From positions 87,753 through 151,752 of the forward strand of contig CAVPZJ010000002.1 in NCBI GenBank assembly GCA_963710255.1: a stretch of DNA of 64,000 bases, given 5' to 3'. Position 1 is the first letter of the stretch. Every line of letters starts with the position of its first letter. Positions 61,709 through 64,000 of this stretch are shown here, piece by piece. The DNA is from an uncultured Chloroflexia bacterium. GTDB lineage: Bacteria; Chloroflexota; Anaerolineae; Anaerolineales; E44-bin32. Both the position numbers and the translations under genes were made by a program. Under the pieces are notes generated by a model. That model saw only the letters and a program-made list of their open reading frames with translations. It had not been told where the DNA came from and did no database searches.

Positions 61709-62707
61709 CTACTTCATGGGGCTATCCAGTGTTGGAAGGCTGGAAAGAAACGCATACATGGCTCGCAATTCATCGTCGGTCGTGGAAGCGCGAACCATTG
61801 GCCAGGGCATTCTTGGTTCCGTGTAACCGCTGGCCAATGTAATCATCGGCACCTGAACGCCGCCGGGGATTATGCCGGTATTGAAGAAGCCCATAAATTG
61901 GTCTTCCGTCCAATAAGGCACGATTTGGGTGAGGTTCGGCCCTGCAGTTGGCCCGATGGGATTTGGGAGCATGCCCTGCAACTGGTCTCCATGACAATCC
62001 CTGCAGCCGATGATATCCACCATGTATTCCCCATATTCCACGGTACCTGGCTCGGGTGCATTCACCATTCCAGCGGGGAGCTGTGCAGTTCGGAAGTCAG
62101 TAAGATTCATGAAGACCGCACCAAGTACGTTGAAGCGCGTGTTCGGGGTCGGGGCTCCGGTTGCAGGCTGGGAGCGTAAATATGCGACCAGGGACTGTAC
62201 GTCTTCGTCGCTCATGTTCCGGTACGCGTAGGAGGGCATGATCAGCAGCGATCTGCCGCTCTTGTGCACACCTTCCCGGATGGCGCGTATCACCTCACCA
62301 TCGGTCCAATCCTGGATGTTTCCCGAAGGTGTAAGATTGGGGGCGTAAAGCGTTCCCATGGGTGGAAAATCGAATTTCGCAGCGAAATTCGATCCTGCGA
62401 GAGGCAGCTGGTCAACCTCGGCATGGCAGCTGACGCACATATTGGCCAGTTGCTCCCCGCGGGCTACTTGCGACGGACTCGATGCCACGGAAAGATCGGT
62501 GGACGGGTTTTCGTACTTTGCGTTCAGCTTTGAATATCCGATCACCGCAAGCACCAAGAGCGCCGCCGGGATCACGGTCAGCAACCCAGCGACCAGCGAT
62601 CCGCCCCATTTCACGAAAGACCGTTTCGATTTCAAGGCACGCCTGGTTATGAACCCAAAACCTGCGGCTGTGAGAATGAGAATGGTTATTCCGATGATAT
62701 CGAACAT
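61709..62707 (-). CDS. membrane-anchored di-haem c-type cytochrome
   Basis: Two CxxCH motifs (CVSCH, CRDCH). Two N-terminal TM segments. GGAGAAGGA RBS before ATG 62707. Confidence 0.8.
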   Translation of the reverse strand: MFDIIGITILILTAAGFGFITRRALKSKRSFVKWGGSLVAGLLTVIPAALLVLAVIGYSKLNAKYENPSTDLSVASSPSQVARGEQLANMCVSCHAEVDQLPLAGSNFAAKFDFPPMGTLYAPNLTPSGNIQDWTDGEVIRAIREGVHKSGRSLLIMPSYAYRNMSDEDVQSLVAYLRSQPATGAPTPNTRFNVLGAVFMNLTDFRTAQLPAGMVNAPEPGTVEYGEYMVDIIGCRDCHGDQLQGMLPNPIGPTAGPNLTQIVPYWTEDQFMGFFNTGIIPGGVQVPMITLASGYTEPRMPWPMVRASTTDDELRAMYAFLSSLPTLDSPMK

Positions 62708-62722
62708 ATTCCTTCTCCTTTG

Positions 62723-63244
62723 TTAATCATGCTTGGTTTGTGAGAATTTCCGGCTGGACAAGACGAGGATCAGCACATAAATCAAAGACAGGATGGAACC
62801 GGAAACAACGGGGACGGGCGTGCCTGAGCCTGGCGTTTTAGGAGCGGCAAGGATGAATACAACGATCAACGACATCCAAACTGGGATTGCCCACTGGGCT
62901 ATCCATGCCCAGCGCTCCCCTCGCCGAAACCCCGTCACGCAGATAGCAATGCTCAAGACAGCAATTGCCGCCAGAGACGCGCCGTCTGTCCTGTACTTCA
63001 GGTCGATAAACCGGGCTACCGTTGGGCTGTCTGCCTGAAGATCGCTCCAGCTCATACCGGTGATGCTGTGCATGAAGACCTTCTCGCCATTTTGAAGGTC
63101 CGAGCCACCACCCAGCATATCGCCTAAGCCAAACAATCCAATTAGCAGGCTGATACCAAGCAGTACTTTCCAGGCGTGACGTTCGAAAACAGATTCAACC
63201 TTCGTTGGTAAATTACTGACTTCTATGTTTGTCATTTTGATCAC
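62723..63244 (-). CDS. hypothetical membrane protein
   Basis: 173-aa ORF with about 4 hydrophobic segments. Lower-GC region. Start GTG 63244 or ATG 63235. Confidence 0.5.
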   Translation of the reverse strand: MIKMTNIEVSNLPTKVESVFERHAWKVLLGISLLIGLFGLGDMLGGGSDLQNGEKVFMHSITGMSWSDLQADSPTVARFIDLKYRTDGASLAAIAVLSIAICVTGFRRGERWAWIAQWAIPVWMSLIVVFILAAPKTPGSGTPVPVVSGSILSLIYVLILVLSSRKFSQTKHD

Positions 63245-63322
63245 CAGAATGCAGGGATGAAGCGTGTATCATCAAACGCAAGGATATGTAGCTGCTTGCG
63301 TGGAACGAGTAAGGCTGCGTTA

Positions 63323-63889
63323 TCACCTCAGCAGCAATGTCACACCGATGGCTAGTGTCATTGCGTAATAGATGAAAGGCGGCATGTCTTTTATCTTCAA
63401 GTACAGCCCGAGGACCAGAAGAGCTCCCAGGAAAATGCCGGCGCCAAGTAGCTGGTTGGTTCTCTCCAGCCAGAACGCTCCACCGAAGGCGGCCAGCGCC
63501 AGCAAGACCAAGTCGGCATAGGCTATTCCCAACCACCCTGGCAGCTCATTCCTGGCGAACTTCTGAGGTGCTGAGATCCGCATCCCAAGATGCCAGATCC
63601 AGAAGACATGACCCAGGGCATATCCGCCTGCCGCAATTGTGGCAGCGAGCGCCCCAGGCGTAGCGTTGAAAACAGGCGGCAGGGAAAGAGCTCCTGCGAT
63701 GGAAGCTAAGGCGCCCAGGATCACAAGTATTTGAGATGCGGTCCAGAGCCCTGGTCGGGCTGCCAAGAGATCCAGTTTCTCCTGAATGACCCTCAAGGTA
63801 TAGATCCGGGGCGGGAAAGAACTAAAACCTAGATAGGTCAATGCTGTTCCGAGAATGAGCAATATCCCGGGTAGCCGTGCTGGGTCCAT
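63323..63889 (-). CDS. hypothetical polytopic membrane protein
   Basis: 188-aa ORF with about 6 hydrophobic segments. No family recognised. Confidence 0.5.
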   Translation of the reverse strand: MDPARLPGILLILGTALTYLGFSSFPPRIYTLRVIQEKLDLLAARPGLWTASQILVILGALASIAGALSLPPVFNATPGALAATIAAGGYALGHVFWIWHLGMRISAPQKFARNELPGWLGIAYADLVLLALAAFGGAFWLERTNQLLGAGIFLGALLVLGLYLKIKDMPPFIYYAMTLAIGVTLLLR

Positions 63890-63918
63890 TTGGTTTTTCC
63901 TTTTTTAGTTAGAGTCTG

Positions 63919-64000
63919 CTAGCGCGGGATGATCCCCAACTGCTCGAGCATGCCCAATCGGTCGATGAGCATCCAATATTCCATGTTCGATCTACCTTCA
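63919..64000 (-). CDS. C-terminal fragment of a SnoaL-like / predicted ester cyclase protein (continues beyond window)
   Basis: Minus strand ...EGRSNMEYWMLIDRLGMLEQLGIIPR* (TAG 63919-63921). The ..W...D.LG...QLG.IP ending is typical of that family. Confidence 0.45.
   Translation of the reverse strand, partial: EGRSNMEYWMLIDRLGMLEQLGIIPR

Noticed and set aside
1-64000. Mobile elements, prophage, toxin-antitoxin, restriction-modification, retron or DGR components
   Set aside because: No transposase, integrase, reverse transcriptase, methyltransferase-endonuclease pair or phage structural gene was recognised in any frame. The only mobility-like signal is the REP-like hairpin family and the GC drop after 61.6 kb.

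Overview
High-GC (about 62-68% on hand-counted lines) bacterial chromosomal segment, densely packed with about 75 housekeeping genes. There are no transposase, integrase, cas, phage or recognisable defence genes. Gene content hints at a Chloroflexota-like or other Terrabacteria organism, but that is a low-confidence inference.

Recognisable content:
- Translation: pheT (5' partial), metG, tRNA-Leu(CAA), ychF, rsmI.
- Methionine/one-carbon: a SAM-I riboswitch-controlled metH + fused homocysteine methyltransferase/MTHFR operon.
- CoA: a panB-panE-panC-coaX operon, with coaBC 7 kb away behind split AcnX genes.
- DNA repair: an ECF sigma-ogt-UDG-DMT translationally coupled cluster and an AlkD-like gene.
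- Redox/ion: peroxiredoxin + DsbA::NhaA.
- An orphan 47-aa Flp pilin gene that is missing from the ORF track.
- Many enzymes, transporters and hypothetical proteins.

Three window-scale observations:
1. About 25 single-base indels, nearly all +1 insertions, break otherwise conserved and often essential genes. They create fake fusion ORFs in the track (csp-GAF, GIY-YIG-Kbl, DinB-crotonase). This is most likely assembly or sequencing error.
2. A family of GTAGGGGC...GCCCCTAC palindromic hairpins forms a six-copy array at 61.25-61.60 kb. An identical copy sits at 11.44 kb.
3. Directly after that array the composition drops to roughly 45-55% GC. This stretch carries a di-haem cytochrome c and unknown membrane proteins and may be an acquired island.

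I did not find a convincing novel multi-gene system. The most interesting candidates are regulatory leaders (metG uORF/terminator, panB leader), the sigma-ogt module and the hairpin array.
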